64,000 bases of DNA, from contig JBLDXI010000009.1 in assembly GCA_047495785.1 (NCBI GenBank), positions 3,100,001-3,164,000 of the forward strand, read 5' to 3'. This document shows positions 28,612-41,892 of the stretch, one piece after another. This stretch comes from Lepidodermella squamata (lineage: Eukaryota > Animalia > Gastrotricha). Each line of letters starts with the position of its first letter. Within the stretch, counting starts at the first letter, position 1. The translations under genes and the position numbers were made by a program. The notes below the pieces were generated by a model. That model saw only the letters and a program-made list of their open reading frames with translations. It was not told the DNA's origin and searched no databases.

Positions 28612-31600
28612 ATGACACCGAAATTGGGGCTCGGCGTCGTTGGCGGCGGTGGCGATGTTTTCGTCATTCAGGGGCCGAAGGGCGTGTTCGTGATATTCGA
28701 CTACGTCGTATCGGTCCTGGCCGTTCTCATCAACATCATCGTTCTGCGCAGTGTTATCAAATCAAAAATACACCTCATCGGCTACAAGTATTTCCTGGCC
28801 TCGTTGGGCGTCTCGAATCTCTACCTGTGCTGTGTTAACATTTCAAATTTTGTCGTCGAAGCAGCGAGTTTGAACGGCTTCGACGGCACGTGCATCGGCC
28901 GCATTCTACGTTCTTTTCTCATGTCTGGTCTCATTGCGAATTTGCTCAATCTCAGCGGCATGAGCTTCGACCATCTTATCGGAATTGTAAGATTCAACTT
29001 CAAATTTAGGGAATTCCTACATTTTGTAGTATAAATTTCCCAACAAAATTTTTAGCGGAACTGAAATTTCCCGTTGCGGGAGAAAATTAAACCGGGTGTG
29101 ATTTTGTTTATAATTTTTTGGAATTTTACGATTAATTAAAGAAATTTGAAAAAAAAATAAGTTTGAATTCCCCGTTATTTTCTTGTATTAAAACCATTAG
29201 GTTTGGTCCTCACTTTCAGAACGCGAAATGGTCGTGATTTAAAAAATTACTCGAACAATAAACTTTTTAGGTTTGCCATTTGGCTTTTGTCAAATTGCAA
29301 AACTGGCGATAAAAATTCAAAAAATTATGAAATTGATTGAGCAACTACTGAGAGAATCAGACAAGCCAAAAATTGATTTTTTTGGTGGACGTGAGAAAAA
29401 TAAGTTGGACATTTTTCGACCGTATGCGTAGGAAATCTTGAAAGCTTTTTTTTAGCCATGTCATTTTTCACACAATTTAGAGAGAATTTACGAGGTAGAA
29501 AACATTGTTAAACACGTTTTCAACGAAAAATGTCCAAAATCAGGAAAAACGACATAGAAAACTAAGGCGTCCTAACGATTTTCGAATTATGATAAGTAAA
29601 ATCTATTCAAGTCGGGCAGAGCATTGTGCCCTAAATTTGGCCAATTTTTGGGCTCTTCCTACTTTGCCACCTAGGAAAAATATTGGAAAAAAACAAAATT
29701 ATAGAGGAGTTCTCAGGCTATCGAATGCCGGTTTCCGCAAGTCCGCACGATTTTCCCCGATTAATGGGGCAATCGAATTTATGAAGTTGCCGAATTCAGG
29801 GATTTTTCTCAAATTATCTTGCCTTTTTATTCGAGATTTCTCGTGAATTTTCAGATTTTTTACAAATTTTATAGGGGATTTTCAAACAATTTAGAAAAGT
29901 TTAAAGACTTATCATTCTATGATTAATCAATTTATAAAATGGTTAAATTAAAATTCGATTTTCTTGAATTATAATTGAATTATTTTTTCTGATTTTTTTG
30001 AACAGGTCTATCCATTCGCGTATAGCAGGTTGATGAGAAAATTCACAATGAAAATCTCAGTGGCTCTTGTTTGGTTCCTCGCCATCCTAATCGGATCCGC
30101 CGAGCTGTCTTTAGCCACGATTTTTTACATGATCCCGCAGCCCTCAAATAACCCCAACGCACTCGGCAAAAATTTCCTACTCGCCGACCAGAGATGTTCC
30201 CCGAGTGACATTGCGAAACTAGCAAGTGTCAACTCGACCTTTTTACTGAATCAAATTGAACTTGCGGGAAATTTCACAAACTTGAGCACTTCAATTGACT
30301 TCCCATTCGACGCGACTGAGCCGACGTTGGTTAAAAACTCGACAAATTTACTCGACGAAATGGGATTTGTCGATGAGGAAAAATTGCTGTTGTCCAACTT
30401 GCAGCGGCAACTTTTCTCAAATCGGCGATTGAGTAGAAGCAATTTAGCCCAGTCGAACGATAGCGATTTTCAATCAGGCCTGGCTGCTTTTAACGTATCG
30501 AACAATAACGAAACGGCGCAGTACGAATTTGACGACTACAGCAATTGCCTGTTGAAGTCGTTTTTCGAGGCGCTGGGCGAAGGTCCGGCGAAGCGGCTGT
30601 TCGCCGACCCCGAGTCGACGACTGCCCAGGCATCGTGGTGTGGCCACTATAGGAAAAGCTTCGCCTTTCTCGAGTACACCATCATGAGCCTAACCATCAT
30701 ATGCTTCACTTTTGTCGCGTTTTGCTACGCTAAAATTTTTCGCGAGGTGAGTTTTCATATTTCGGTACTTTGCCACCGTTTACGGAGCCAAAAATTAGGA
30801 TATTGAGAAAAATGCGAATATAAACTAGGACAGTCATATATATGAGGATAAAAAATTCAGAAAAATTGGCGGTAAAAATTATTTTTTATTCATTAGCTCC
30901 TCGTGAATATTCGCTCAATTCCCCTGTTGAGTTGAACTTTCTATTTTTAGATTTTTCGAACCCATTAAGCTTATTGGAGCTAAAAATAGCCGAAGCGCGT
31001 GTGCAATATTTTAGTAAAAAATTCTGAGAAATTAATTTTTTCCGATTTTATTGTATTTATTTAACAAATTAGGCCGAATATTATGCACTTCGGTTAAAAT
31101 TTTTCAGGATGATTAAATCAAAATTTGAATTTATTAGGATTTTGTAGTGTTTCGAGTAGGAAAGGAACATTAAAAGTAATTAATTAAAAGTAATAAAATA
31201 TCCGTTTAATTTTCTTGAAATTTATGCCTCAGGTATTTTGTAACCCCGAGCGGTCGAGGCGGAATGTCAGACGGTTGGTGATGACTACATTCCTGCTTCT
31301 CGGAACTTTCTGCATTTGCTACCTGCCTTTCATGCTATTCGAGCTTTCAATGGTAAGTCGGTTAGAGACATCATAGGTTAGGAAAATAATGTTTTTCCTA
31401 TTTTCAGGTTTTAGCGATGCATTTCGATATCGGTGCGGCGACTCGAATGCGGACAACTGAAAGCTGGTCAAGGTATAAGCCGGAAGCCAAGGCTTAAATG
31501 ACCTAAAAATCTCTTCATTTCAGCTTTATGATAGTCCACCATATATTCAATTCATTGCTAATCACTTCCCCGTTGTTGCAACCCCTGCTATATGCTGGAC

Positions 31601-32208
31601 GTCTTTCAATTGTTCGAAGGTCAGTTTTTCCGAAATTCTTAATTCACGATAAAATCAACTTCGAGCCTTGAAAATAAATAATTTTGTGAACATTATGTTG
31701 CCCATTGACCTTTGACCTTTCGATATACTAGACAAAGTTTGAACGATCGAAACAGGCGGTAAGATTCCTGAAATATTACTCCCCATAACCAATATCATAC
31801 AGCATGATTCACAGGCCTAAAAGTCTATTTACCACTTATAAATAAATTGGATAAAATCTTGGCTGACCTTAAAAAATCCCTGTCCTTAATGCTAAGCTTC
31901 TCAGTTTATTCCCCGACATTTTCCTAATTTTTTCGATAATTTTTTTCAATAGGCAAATAATGAGCGATATCAAAGAGTTCGCCCACGCTTGCTGCCCGTA
32001 TGGTATCAGTCGAAAGTGCATCGCGCGGATGCGCCTGCTATCACTGGGCGGCGAAAACTCTCGGCGAAGTTCGCAGACCTATCGATTGTCGACCCTGCAC
32101 GGCAAGTTCGAGTACGAAACAGGCGCGAGAAATCTGTGCGGCCGCAAACACAAGTCAAGCATATCCGTTCCGATCACAGCAGCAGCAGCAGCAGCGGCGG
32201 AACCCTAA
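28612..32208 (+). CDS. Class A GPCR paralog 4 (large ECL2)
   Basis: Exons ~28612-28986, 30006-30746, 31233-31352, 31408-31471, 31524-31619, 31953-32208. Motifs SLGVSNL, MSFDHLIGIVYP, SWC, CYLP, QPLLY. Confidence 0.92.
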
Positions 32209-32534
32209 AAAAATAATATTATAACACGATGATCCTCAAACACACGATTCATTCATTATCAATATTATCATAGAGTTCTATGAAAATTTCCCCTCTTTTT
32301 CGTTTTTTTTATCATCATCGTCATCATCGATCTGACACGTTGCGCAAACAATTACAAAAAATAACTACGCCTTTTAACTTCTCGGATTTTCGAAATTCGA
32401 TACAAAATAAAATCAAGATGTTGAATAACATTGTTCGACTAAATATTGACAAAGGGGACATTTCAAGGGTGAGTTTTTTGTTGCCAAGTCACGCGATGTC
32501 TGCTTTTTATAGCCTCGAATCGCGTAATAAAAAT

Positions 32535-33019
32535 GGTCATTTTTTAGTGTTTTGACAAGTGAAAAGGGGGGTTGGCGAATTTTTTCTGTATTTTCTAGAA
32601 CATGCATGAGTGTGTTGACTTGAAGAGGGAGGATTCTTGGAATCCTTGATGTTCTCACCCAGTTTTTCTTTATTTCAAATTTCAGACCTCTAGGAGGATC
32701 CGGGGAACCCCAAATTCTTCTCAGTTTAGGCATTTTAGCTTGGCTCCACCACAATTTCTGATTATCTAGCTTAATTCCCCACATCAGATTACCCTAAGAA
32801 AATAAAATGAGAATTTATTGCGTGAGGGATTAATTGATGCAATAAAATGTTTAAGGCGCATTTTTTTCTTTTAAATGAGCATTTATTAATGTAAACTTTA
32901 AAGTCAAATTTCTCAGCAGGCCTGATGGCTATCAACCTGTTCTTGATATCGTTCGACTCCTTATTAGTTGATCTCGAAATTAACATTTTTCGCCAACTTT
33001 TCACTTGTTAACACGGTCA
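32535..33019. mobile_element. MITE-like element, TIR ~TGACCGTTRACAAGTGAAAAG (copy 1, degenerate left end)
   Basis: TTGACAAGTGAAAAGGGGGGTTGGCGAA pairs with TTCGCCAACTTTTCACTTGTTAACACGGTCA. Confidence 0.6.
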
Positions 33020-33437
33020 TTTACTTTACCGATTAACAGCTCAAGATCGAGGTATAACGGCTAGATAGAGTAGCTCGTATACAGCTGACGCGGCGAGTTG
33101 GGTCGATTTCATCGATCCTATAAGAGCAGGTGAACAAATGCAGCGGCGTCCAATAATAGTCGTGAGACTCGCTCATCTTTCACGCGAGCGAAAAAGTTCA
33201 ATTTTTTTTATTTCGTATGTGTGTGTGTTATTTATTAGGCATAAAACACGCAGCGCAGTGCGGGTTTTTATTATCAAAGAGTGCTTTCCACGCAATTTTT
33301 TAGCGCTATCTCTCTTATTTCTCATCTATCATCATCATCATCGTAATCGCCAACATGCAATTTGTCGTGAAAGCCGCCGATCTACAGGATCCTGTCTAGC
33401 TGCGACTGCGAAACACAAGGAACAGCAACCAACCCCC

Positions 33438-36400
33438 ATGCAGACATCAACCAGCGGCAGTGGTTTAATGGCCGATTTAATGCCTCTTCCAAATTCGAAA
33501 GGCGTTTTCGTGATATTCGACTACGTCGTCACAATCCTAGCCGTTGTCGTCAATGTTGTCGTCCTGCGGGCGGTTGTGAAGGCGAGGATCCACCTGACCG
33601 GCTACAAGTACTTCCTCGCCTCGCTTGGCGTCTCCAACCTGTACCTATGCGGTGCCAATATCGCAATTTTCGCTGTTGAAGCTTCGAATTTGAGCGAGTA
33701 CAACAGCTCTTGCCTAGGCCGTGTTGTTCGCTCCGTTCAAATGTCGGGCCTTATTGCGAACTTGCTCAATCTCTGCGGCATGAGCTTCGACCATCTTATC
33801 GGAATAGTAAGTCATTTTTTCTGGGTTTTCTTTGAAATAGTTTTCTCCGCCCCGCTTTAACGGCGTGACGGTTGTTTTGAAGTTGGAGATCGCCAATTAT
33901 TAGCTGTCTGAGTAGCCAATCAGTCCGGGCCCTACGCGTTTATTCGTAGGTATCAATTTCACAGATTTTCATAGATCAAGGACCTTTCCTCATTACACTA
34001 ATTAAATGGGAAATTATATACAGACAACTGTTTCATGACCGTTGACAAGTGAAAAGTGGAGTTTCGCGAATAATTTCCCAGCTATTCGCCATAAATATAT
34101 TGATCTAAAGAAGAACTTTCATTATACCCTGAATCAAAATTTCTAGTAGATTCTACGAATTTCTGAGATGCTCCACTTTTTATCAAAAGAGTGGAAATCT
34201 TAAGATTAAGGCGGATTTTAGACATTTCGCGGCATTTTTTCCAAAATCGGCTCCTTGGTCTAATTTTAAGCTGATTTTTATACTGTTCGGCGCCTCGTTC
34301 ATCAATCTTGAAAGCGGCACAAAAAATCTCGGCTAACCCGTCTTTTCACTTGTTAACGGTCAATTGGGGTTGGTAGTTTCTCTTAATTTCTGTAAATCGT
34401 CGCATTGCGTTAGAAAGGAGCCAAATTCAATCTTTATTATTCATAAGAAATCCATTATGAACATTTAAATAGTGGCTCCTTTCAAACGCAATGCGACGAA
34501 ATGTTGACCCAGTCGTGAAAGCGTAGGAGTGAACACTTATTCAATCATAGTAAATTTTTACTCACGCAATCGATTTTCCGAAATATTCGAAATGATACCC
34601 AAGGGAATGTCTCTCGTGGCTTTTTAACCGCGAATTTGTCGTAAAAAATGCAAATAAAGTATTTATTTTGGGATGTTTTTTCTCATCAATTAAGAATTTT
34701 TATTAATTATGGGCTTTGATTGTAATGCGCAAAAAATTTCAAATATGCTTGGTCTTCGATCGATTTTTTAGTCATCGATCGGTCAGAATTCTCTGAAATT
34801 CATTACACGTGCTATTTGTCTTCATTTCTTCTAATGGCCTGCTAATATTTTTCAGAAACTTCCTCAAGATCAAATTCCTCGCCTATAGGGTGAATCAATT
34901 TCTTATAATAGCTTCAATAAATTTCTCCCAGGGTGCGCCTATATTGCAAATATATATTTTTGTTTGAGTAAGGTCTTCCTATATTGATCTCAACTTTTTG
35001 TTATCAAGCCCAATAGAAAATTAGTTTCCTACAAATCTAGTGTTAACAGCTAGCTAGAATGAAAATTCCCAAATTTATATTTAGACCCTTTTTCCAACTT
35101 CGATTTTTGAGTGAACTTGCGAACTTTTTAATTTTCAAACGCAATATTTCATAATCAATTTTTAATAAAAAAATATTATCTCATTTAATCGCTATTTTAG
35201 GCTCATCCTCTCGTCTATGGCCGTATTATGCGAAAGTGCACGCTTCGAATATTGATCGCTTTCCTATGGGTCATCGCAATATCAGTCGGTTCCGCCGAGT
35301 TGCCGCTCGCCACGCTTCACTTCTTCAGCCAACCGGTCGCGCAATCGGCCGGAGCCGCGGCGCCGCTCAACATCACCGGCTTCAACGACGTCTTTGAATC
35401 GATGAAAATCTTCCTCACCGGTCAAGAATGCCCGTCGCCAGCCGGCGGTTCCGGCGCTGGAACCACGCCAGATTACTCGTCCGAAAGTGATCTAGGCGAG
35501 TTTCTGAAAGACTCAAAAAGCGTGCAAGCTGCCAACTTAGTTTTAAATAGCACCACAATTTTCGATGCCGGCAATTCAACCGAACAATTTTCGGGTGATT
35601 TCTCCGGCGACGGGCCTTTTGCCGAGACGACTACTGTTAGGATATCGTCATCAAGCACCTATGCTAAGCCGTCAATTTCGGACGAAGATCTCGTTCAGTT
35701 GACGCGGAAACTCGTTGGGACGGATCGAACGCGGCAAGAAAGCCGAAGTCTCAGCTTTATTTTCAACCGGACAACGCCTGGCAGCATTTTGGTGGGCAAT
35801 GACACGAAAATTCCGTCGGCTACTTCATCGGCGACAGCCGGGCTCGGTTTCGAGGGCCTGGGCGAAGGCGCCGATGATTACAGCAGCTGTTTAATGACGC
35901 ATTTTCTCGACGCTCTGGACAATATTACGACGAATACCGATGACACGTTTCTAACGTTCAACCTCAAGGCGTCTTGGTGCAGTTTTTATAACAATACTAA
36001 TTTTGTCGAGTATGGCATCATGGCGCTAACTATAGCGTGCTTCGCTTTCATTGCCGTTTGCTACGCCAGTATTTTTCGAGAGGTCAGTTTATTTTGGGAA
36101 AAAAAGTTGAAGAAAATCTAAAAATCAGTGATAAATTCGGAATTTTTTGTTAGAGTTAGAGTGGCTTTATATCAAATTTAATTTTGAAATTTAATTAAAA
36201 AAAATATATTTTAAAATTGAAATTAAAATTGAAAATTTGAAAATTTGAAAAATTTGAAAATTTGAAAAATTTGAAAAAGGCTCTACATCGTTATAATTAT
36301 TAAATATTTAACGAGATAACATTAATAGCTTTTCCAGAGTGAATCTTAAGAATTTGTTTCGTTTCAGATATTTTGTAGAAAATCCGAAACGCCGCGGCAC

Positions 36401-37513
36401 AATGCGACGCGGCTTGTCATGACAACTTTCCTTCTACTCGGCACTTTTGCCCTGTGCTACCTGCCTTTCATGCTGTTCGAATTAATTATGGTAAGCTTCG
36501 AAGAATTTAGAAAACATCGGGAAAACATGGTAGGTTAGTATCCCAGGTGCACACGCCAAGGAAATAGCTTATATTTAACATTCCCTCAAATAATAAACAA
36601 GGCACGATAATAAACGAATGCCAGATGCTGTTTTTCTAAAAATAGCGCAAATTAAATATGGGCCCATTTATTAGCGCGTACTTAGGCATAATTAAAGAAT
36701 ATTAAACGATGGGCGCGCATCTCAAATTTTGGCACTAGCGCTGATAATTGCTCAAATTATTGTTTTTCGAGTTTCTACTAGTTCACCTTATCATTGCGCG
36801 TATTTATCGCGCGCATTGTTGTATTTTACGCGTATTTTTACGATGTATACAGAGCCGATATCGTTTTCAAGTATCGATTTGAAATTCGGTGATTTTTCCA
36901 AAATTTTGGAAGCTGAACTTTGGAATGGATCTTCATATCAGATTGTACCAGGGATAGCCGAAACAGAAAATCAGGCTTATAGTATGCATAGTTATCGAGC
37001 AAGAATGAAAGAAGTGTAAAATTTTGGAAATTTCACCATTAATAGCAGCCGTAAAATTTTGCAATAAATTCGTTCCATTTTTTGGTAGATTGATGGTACA
37101 TTTATCTTTCTATTTTTCTAGGTGATGCATGTTAACACCGGTCAAACCATTCAAATGAAAGGTTCTTGGTCAAGGTGACCCTTATTTTGGCTCCCTCATT
37201 TTTGGTTCCAATGGATATTTTTTTAGTTTTATGATTGCTCACAATATTTTCAACTCGATGCTTATGACATCACCTCTGCTACAACCGCTTTTGTACGCCG
37301 GGCGGCTAAAAATAGTTCGAAAGTAAGAAAACTTTTTTAGACAGAGTTAAAATTATTAACCTAATCTTATTATTTTTCAGACGAATTATGCTCGATTTTA
37401 AAGAAAATGCCGATTATTGTCGTTCGTTGAAGCGCTCGAAAAGCGGGCAGCAGCGGGCGCGGATTCACCGGCGCTCGCTCGGCATCAAACTTGACTACGA
37501 CACCGGTTCCTGA
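33438..37513 (+). CDS. Class A GPCR paralog 5 (large ECL2, ~235 aa)
   Basis: Exons ~33438-33806, 35201-36082, 36368-36489, 37122-37173, 37226-37322, 37381-37513. Motifs SLGVSNL, MSFDHLIG, SWC, CYLP, QPLLY. Start Met uncertain. Confidence 0.9.
34036..34362. mobile_element. MITE-like element, TIR TGACCGTTRACAAGTGAAAAG (copy 2)
   Basis: TGACCGTTGACAAGTGAAAAG ... CTTTTCACTTGTTAACGGTCA. Confidence 0.7.
34397..34499. mobile_element. 103-bp mini inverted-repeat element
   Basis: 27-bp arms TCGTCGCATTGCGTTAGAAAGGAGCCA and TGGCTCCTTTCAAACGCAATGCGACGA with one mismatch. Confidence 0.7.
36230..36278 (+). repeat. Short tandem (GAAAATTT)n-type repeat
   Basis: About 6 copies of an 8-9 bp unit seen directly. 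Confidence 0.8.
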
Positions 37514-38445
37514 AAGAAGTTTGTCCCGTCGCAACCAGATCATCGTCATCATACAATTAACCTAGTTCACCTTTCTTATTGCCTCAGCATCGTGATAATA
37601 ATATAATAAAGCGCGTATTTGTTTGATTTGCGATCGAGGTTGTTTTCAACGCCATATATTTTCCGTTGACTCGATTATAAGCCGAGATGTTTCATGAGGT
37701 CGAAATTGCTTAGATTCGATTTTCAATTTCACGACGGATGGCAAAACTTTCGACGTCGAAGATCCGTGCCTTTGGTAAAATTCAGGTACATTCAGGTGAA
37801 AATTGGGTAATTTTGGACTGTATAAAGATGCGACAGAGTGAAACATTTTTTTCTAAAATTTTTGAAACCCAGACGATGCGTCATCTGCTCTTCATTTTTA
37901 TCAAATTTGACTCAAAGCTCAGAAAAACTGAACATACACAATGCCATTATTGCATATGCAAATGAGCGTGTCCCAATAATTGTCTAACATTAGCAAAAAC
38001 TGTTTTCGATCGGCAAAAATCAGGTAAAAATTGTAAAATCACCCAATTTTACCGATAAACCGGGACTCACCTTACACACATTTGTACCGAAAATCATTGA
38101 TTTCTATATTAGGACTGGTTTTACATCCTCGGTTTTGTCCACAATTACCCGCCTTTACGATAAATCTTCATTTTGCGGTTTTCAATTAATTGTAAGGTCT
38201 AGTAAGGTTCCTGATTTTTTCAGGATCACATTTTAATTATTCAAGGCCTCATCAACGCTATGTAATAAAATGAATGTTCGTTGATAGAGTGACCCACAAA
38301 TTTGCAATGCTATAATTATCAACAGAGATAATAGCGAAAAAAACAAGGCGAAGCGGAGATAAGACACTTAACCTAACTAATCTCGGCCCCAAAACTGTGT
38401 GAATACCCTGCTTTGGTATATTAAAAACATTTTCAATGCTGAAAG

Positions 38446-40354
38446 ATGATACCTGCTCTGAAATGCGCGCTATTTTCATTCATCGTTTTAATATTCGTAA
38501 AAACATGCTATTCCGGTGTTTGCCAACGAACTAATTTGATTAGCAACCGAGTCGATGGAGCAATTGTCAACGAAGGTTATCCGAACATTTACTACAACAA
38601 TTCCCGATGTTTCTGGCACGTTTCGGTATCTCCTGGCAGCCAGATAAGGTATAAACAGAAAAATTGGGAAAATTCCATCTAAAACTTTATATTGATTAAG
38701 AATTTTTCTAACTATTAATTGGCTGGAATTGTGCCCTGGTTGTTCGTGTGATTACGTCGAAGTTTACGACGGCTCATCGGTTTCTGCGGCAAACCTGCTC
38801 AGCCACGCGTGTCGGGCTGGTTACAAAGAGACATTTGTGTCACCCAGCAACGAAATTCTGGTGTATTTCCACACTGATAGAGGCACTAATCAAGCCAAGG
38901 ATAACGATGTAGTGGGGTTCAAGCTCAATTTTCACGAAGGTAATCTTACGAGGTTAAGACTGAGACATTCAGCCTTCAAAATGAGTAATTAATTTAGTCG
39001 ACCAGGTGGAGGAAGCCTCGAACGTGTCGCCCACTGGCGGTAAGCAAGACAACAAAAACTCGAATTTTTCTTAATTAACATCGATATTTAGGTACAATAT
39101 ACGGCAGTTTAGATGCCGATAAATTCGCGTTCGCGAGTGAACTGATACCGTGGCGAGACGAGCTGCTTGATGAGTCCAATCCTGTGTTTAAAGAGGCGAA
39201 AACTCTATTCGAATCAGCGGTAATTTAATTGACTCATTTGCAGACTCCCCTGGAAAAGCGCGCAAATACCCAATTTTTCGAGAAATTTTGAGACCGCGCG
39301 CAACGATGTCAAAGGGTGACTTTCAGAAAATATGGCGGTTTTTATGCTGAAATAAAATTCAGATGATCCCCAATCGATTGATAATGGGGATTTCGAACGA
39401 AAAAAAATTGACGGGATAACTTTTACGCTTGCACAACAATTTTTGAGTTGGTCTAGGTTGTTTTTCGCGTTCCCCAATTCCCATCAATTTATTCGCCCGA
39501 GATCCCAATATTCAATCGATAGGGAATCATCTGAATTTTATTTCAGCATAAAAACCGCCAAATTATTCGAAAGTAGCCCTTTGACATCGTTGCGCGAGGT
39601 CTCTCAATTTCACAAAAACATTGGGTTTTTGCGCGCGCATTTATGGTGAATATGCAAATGAGCAAAAACTGTCTGATTCGTTGAATTCGAGCTTTTAGGT
39701 CAGAAAAATATTCCGAAAAGCCCGCATCAATACTCATATTCTCGACGTCATCCAATTCAAGTATTATTTCTATTTATTTTTAATATTTTTGGAATGATCC
39801 TATTTTCTAGAAAAATGAAGTCAAATTCCGGCAAAGAAATCACACGGGCTGATTATGTCTCCCACCTTAAAAAAATGCCTGCATCGGCAGCTGGTTTGAA
39901 GGAAGACGCTGCCAAGGAAAAATTAAGCGAACTATTGAACAAAGCGACGATATCGCTGAACCAAGCCGGGGTGTTTTACAGTCTTTTCACCAACGGGCCT
40001 CATAACGAAATTATCAGGCTGGCGATCGATCCGGCTGATGAGCGGGGTAAATAAAATGATAATAATATAATATTTAGCGAGTTAAAATCTGTCAAGTAAA
40101 TAAGGAATGAATTTTAATGATTTCTTGATATCATTTCTCCTCTCTTATTCATAGGCGCCAGTTCTAGCAATAGATTTTGGATGGTGGTTGGCTCAATAAT
40201 CGGATTGGCGTGCCTTATTCTCATTTCAATTGCACTGTGAGTCTCTCTTAGCCCAAAAACTATGGATTTTTTTTATCATCTTTACGTTTTTTTACGCAGG
40301 ACAATGCTCTTGAAACACTGCCGTATGTTGAGACCGCTTACCGAGGATATTTAA
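38446..40354 (+). CDS. Type I membrane protein: signal peptide, CUB domain, SEA-like domain, TM, short tail
   Basis: Exons ~38446-38648, 38701-38939, 38997-39039, 39092-39219, 39699-39760, 39811-40046, 40155-40236, 40300-40354. CUB motifs GYPNIYYNNSRCFWHV, CSCDYVEVYDG, SNEILVYFHTD, GFKLNF. SEA-like WRDELLDESNPVFKE...DVIQF...ADY. TM WMVVGSIIGLACLILISIAL. Confidence 0.85.
39233..39662. mobile_element. Long foldback element (~185-bp inverted arms) filling an intron
   Basis: GCGCAACGATGTCAAAGGG...GGCGGTTTTTATGCTGAAATAAAATTCAGATGAT pairs with ATCATCTGAATTTTATTTCAGCATAAAAACCGCC...CCCTTTGACATCGTTGCGC. Confidence 0.85.
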
Positions 40355-41080
40355 ACACTTATTTAAAGCACCTGAGTTGTGAATTATTTATCATAAATTT
40401 ATTTTCGCAGTTGAAGAATAAAATCACGAGCGTTTTCTTATTTTTCTTTTTCCTTCCATCTTGAATGTTACTATTGAGACATTCTCGACCTTACATTGAC
40501 TGTAGCAGTGGTACTTTCTGCAGGTTTGTTTTGATAATCTCGCTTCTACTCCTATCTTTTATTCTCACTGGGTGTCAATATTAGTTTCTCCCAAGCTCTG
40601 CTTCATAATGGCTATATGCAAAAGCACGACCTATTTCCCGCCCACCGCCTTCCTTGTCGGTATTCTGAGCCTTGAACAGTAGTTGTAGCTGCTTATCTCA
40701 ACGGTGTCCCAAAAGTAGCGCAACCGAAGAAAGTACACAGTGAAAAGAGAAAAGGGATCGGAAAGCTACAGAAATTTAAATGTTCGTTTCCTTGGAAATC
40801 AAGCCGAACCTCAACTCTCAAATTGACTCACTCAAAGAATTTACGGCTTAACTTGTTTACATAGCGTTACAAGCGATCTTTATTTACTTAGTACGCAATA
40901 TCTAACATGTTTAACCGTGGTCTAACCTTACTACATTTCCTTGTTGAGATTTACCATTTTTTATATTGCTGCACCAACTGATATATGCTTCTCATTAAAA
41001 TTACTGGTCTAGCGCTTGTCAATTTACAAAAGGGATTTGCATATAATGATGGGATACTTTTTACTGAAGTTTTTCAAAAT

Positions 41081-41216
41081 CTAACCCTAACCCTATTCCT
41101 ATCCCTAATCCTAGCCATAACCCTAATCCTATTCTTAACCCTAACCCTAACCCCAAGCGTATCCCGAACCCCAACCCTAACCAAAACCCTAACCCTAACC
41201 CTAACCCTGGTAAACC
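41081..41216 (+). repeat. Interstitial degenerate (CCCTAA)n telomere-like tract
   Basis: About 22 degenerate hexamer units seen directly. Confidence 0.9.
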
Positions 41217-41892
41217 CAGAAAATTCGTGTAAAATTTGTTACTAAAATACAGAAATTTTCTACAAAAGTAGTTGATAACTCGATAAAAATGGTTGCGCAA
41301 GCTATAGGACACCTTGAAAAATCAGTATTTTTTCTACGTATCAGAAAATTTTGCTATTTGGCTGCACTTGAAATCGCATATCCTATTGAAACTTCACTTG
41401 CACCTATAACAGGAAGTTTCAGAGCACAATTTTTCCTCCGCTGATGCACATTTTTCTTCACTTTCATTAGGTTTCCGTAAGGCTCTACATCACGACATGA
41501 ACATCTTCGAAAACACGACATTAGTCCAGTTTCCAAAGACAATTCAGAACTTTATTCTAGTAAGAATCTCAGAATCGATAATTCAGTGGACAATACACGT
41601 TTAATCGCCACCAAAGAATTCGGAAGTTGAGGCAATATTCTTCTTATCGTCAATATCAATAAAGCATGTCACATATATCGCGACAATTTTCCGGCAAATT
41701 TAATGCCGCGACAAAGCTTAATCTAGTTACCGAAACTTTTCAGGATGACTGGCAATTTTATATCGATTTTTTGCCCTAAAGTCCGACAATGTCCTCATTA
41801 TACCCGCTATATTCAATTTAATTAGTTCCGATTTGAGACTGCGCCAAAAGCCAATAAGCCAAAGTCAACTATTTTTTAGAGATTTTACAATT

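Noticed and set aside
33138-33437. 100-aa N-terminal extension of paralog 5 in the ORF track
   Set aside because: It reads like UTR or intron sequence, has an acceptor-like site just before the likely Met, and has no counterpart in sister genes.
39214-39649. Two similar ORFs on opposite strands (SSEFYFSIKTA)
   Set aside because: They arise from the inverted arms of the foldback element.
40985-41312. LTLTL and GLGLG ORFs on both strands
   Set aside because: They are translations of the telomere-like hexamer tract.
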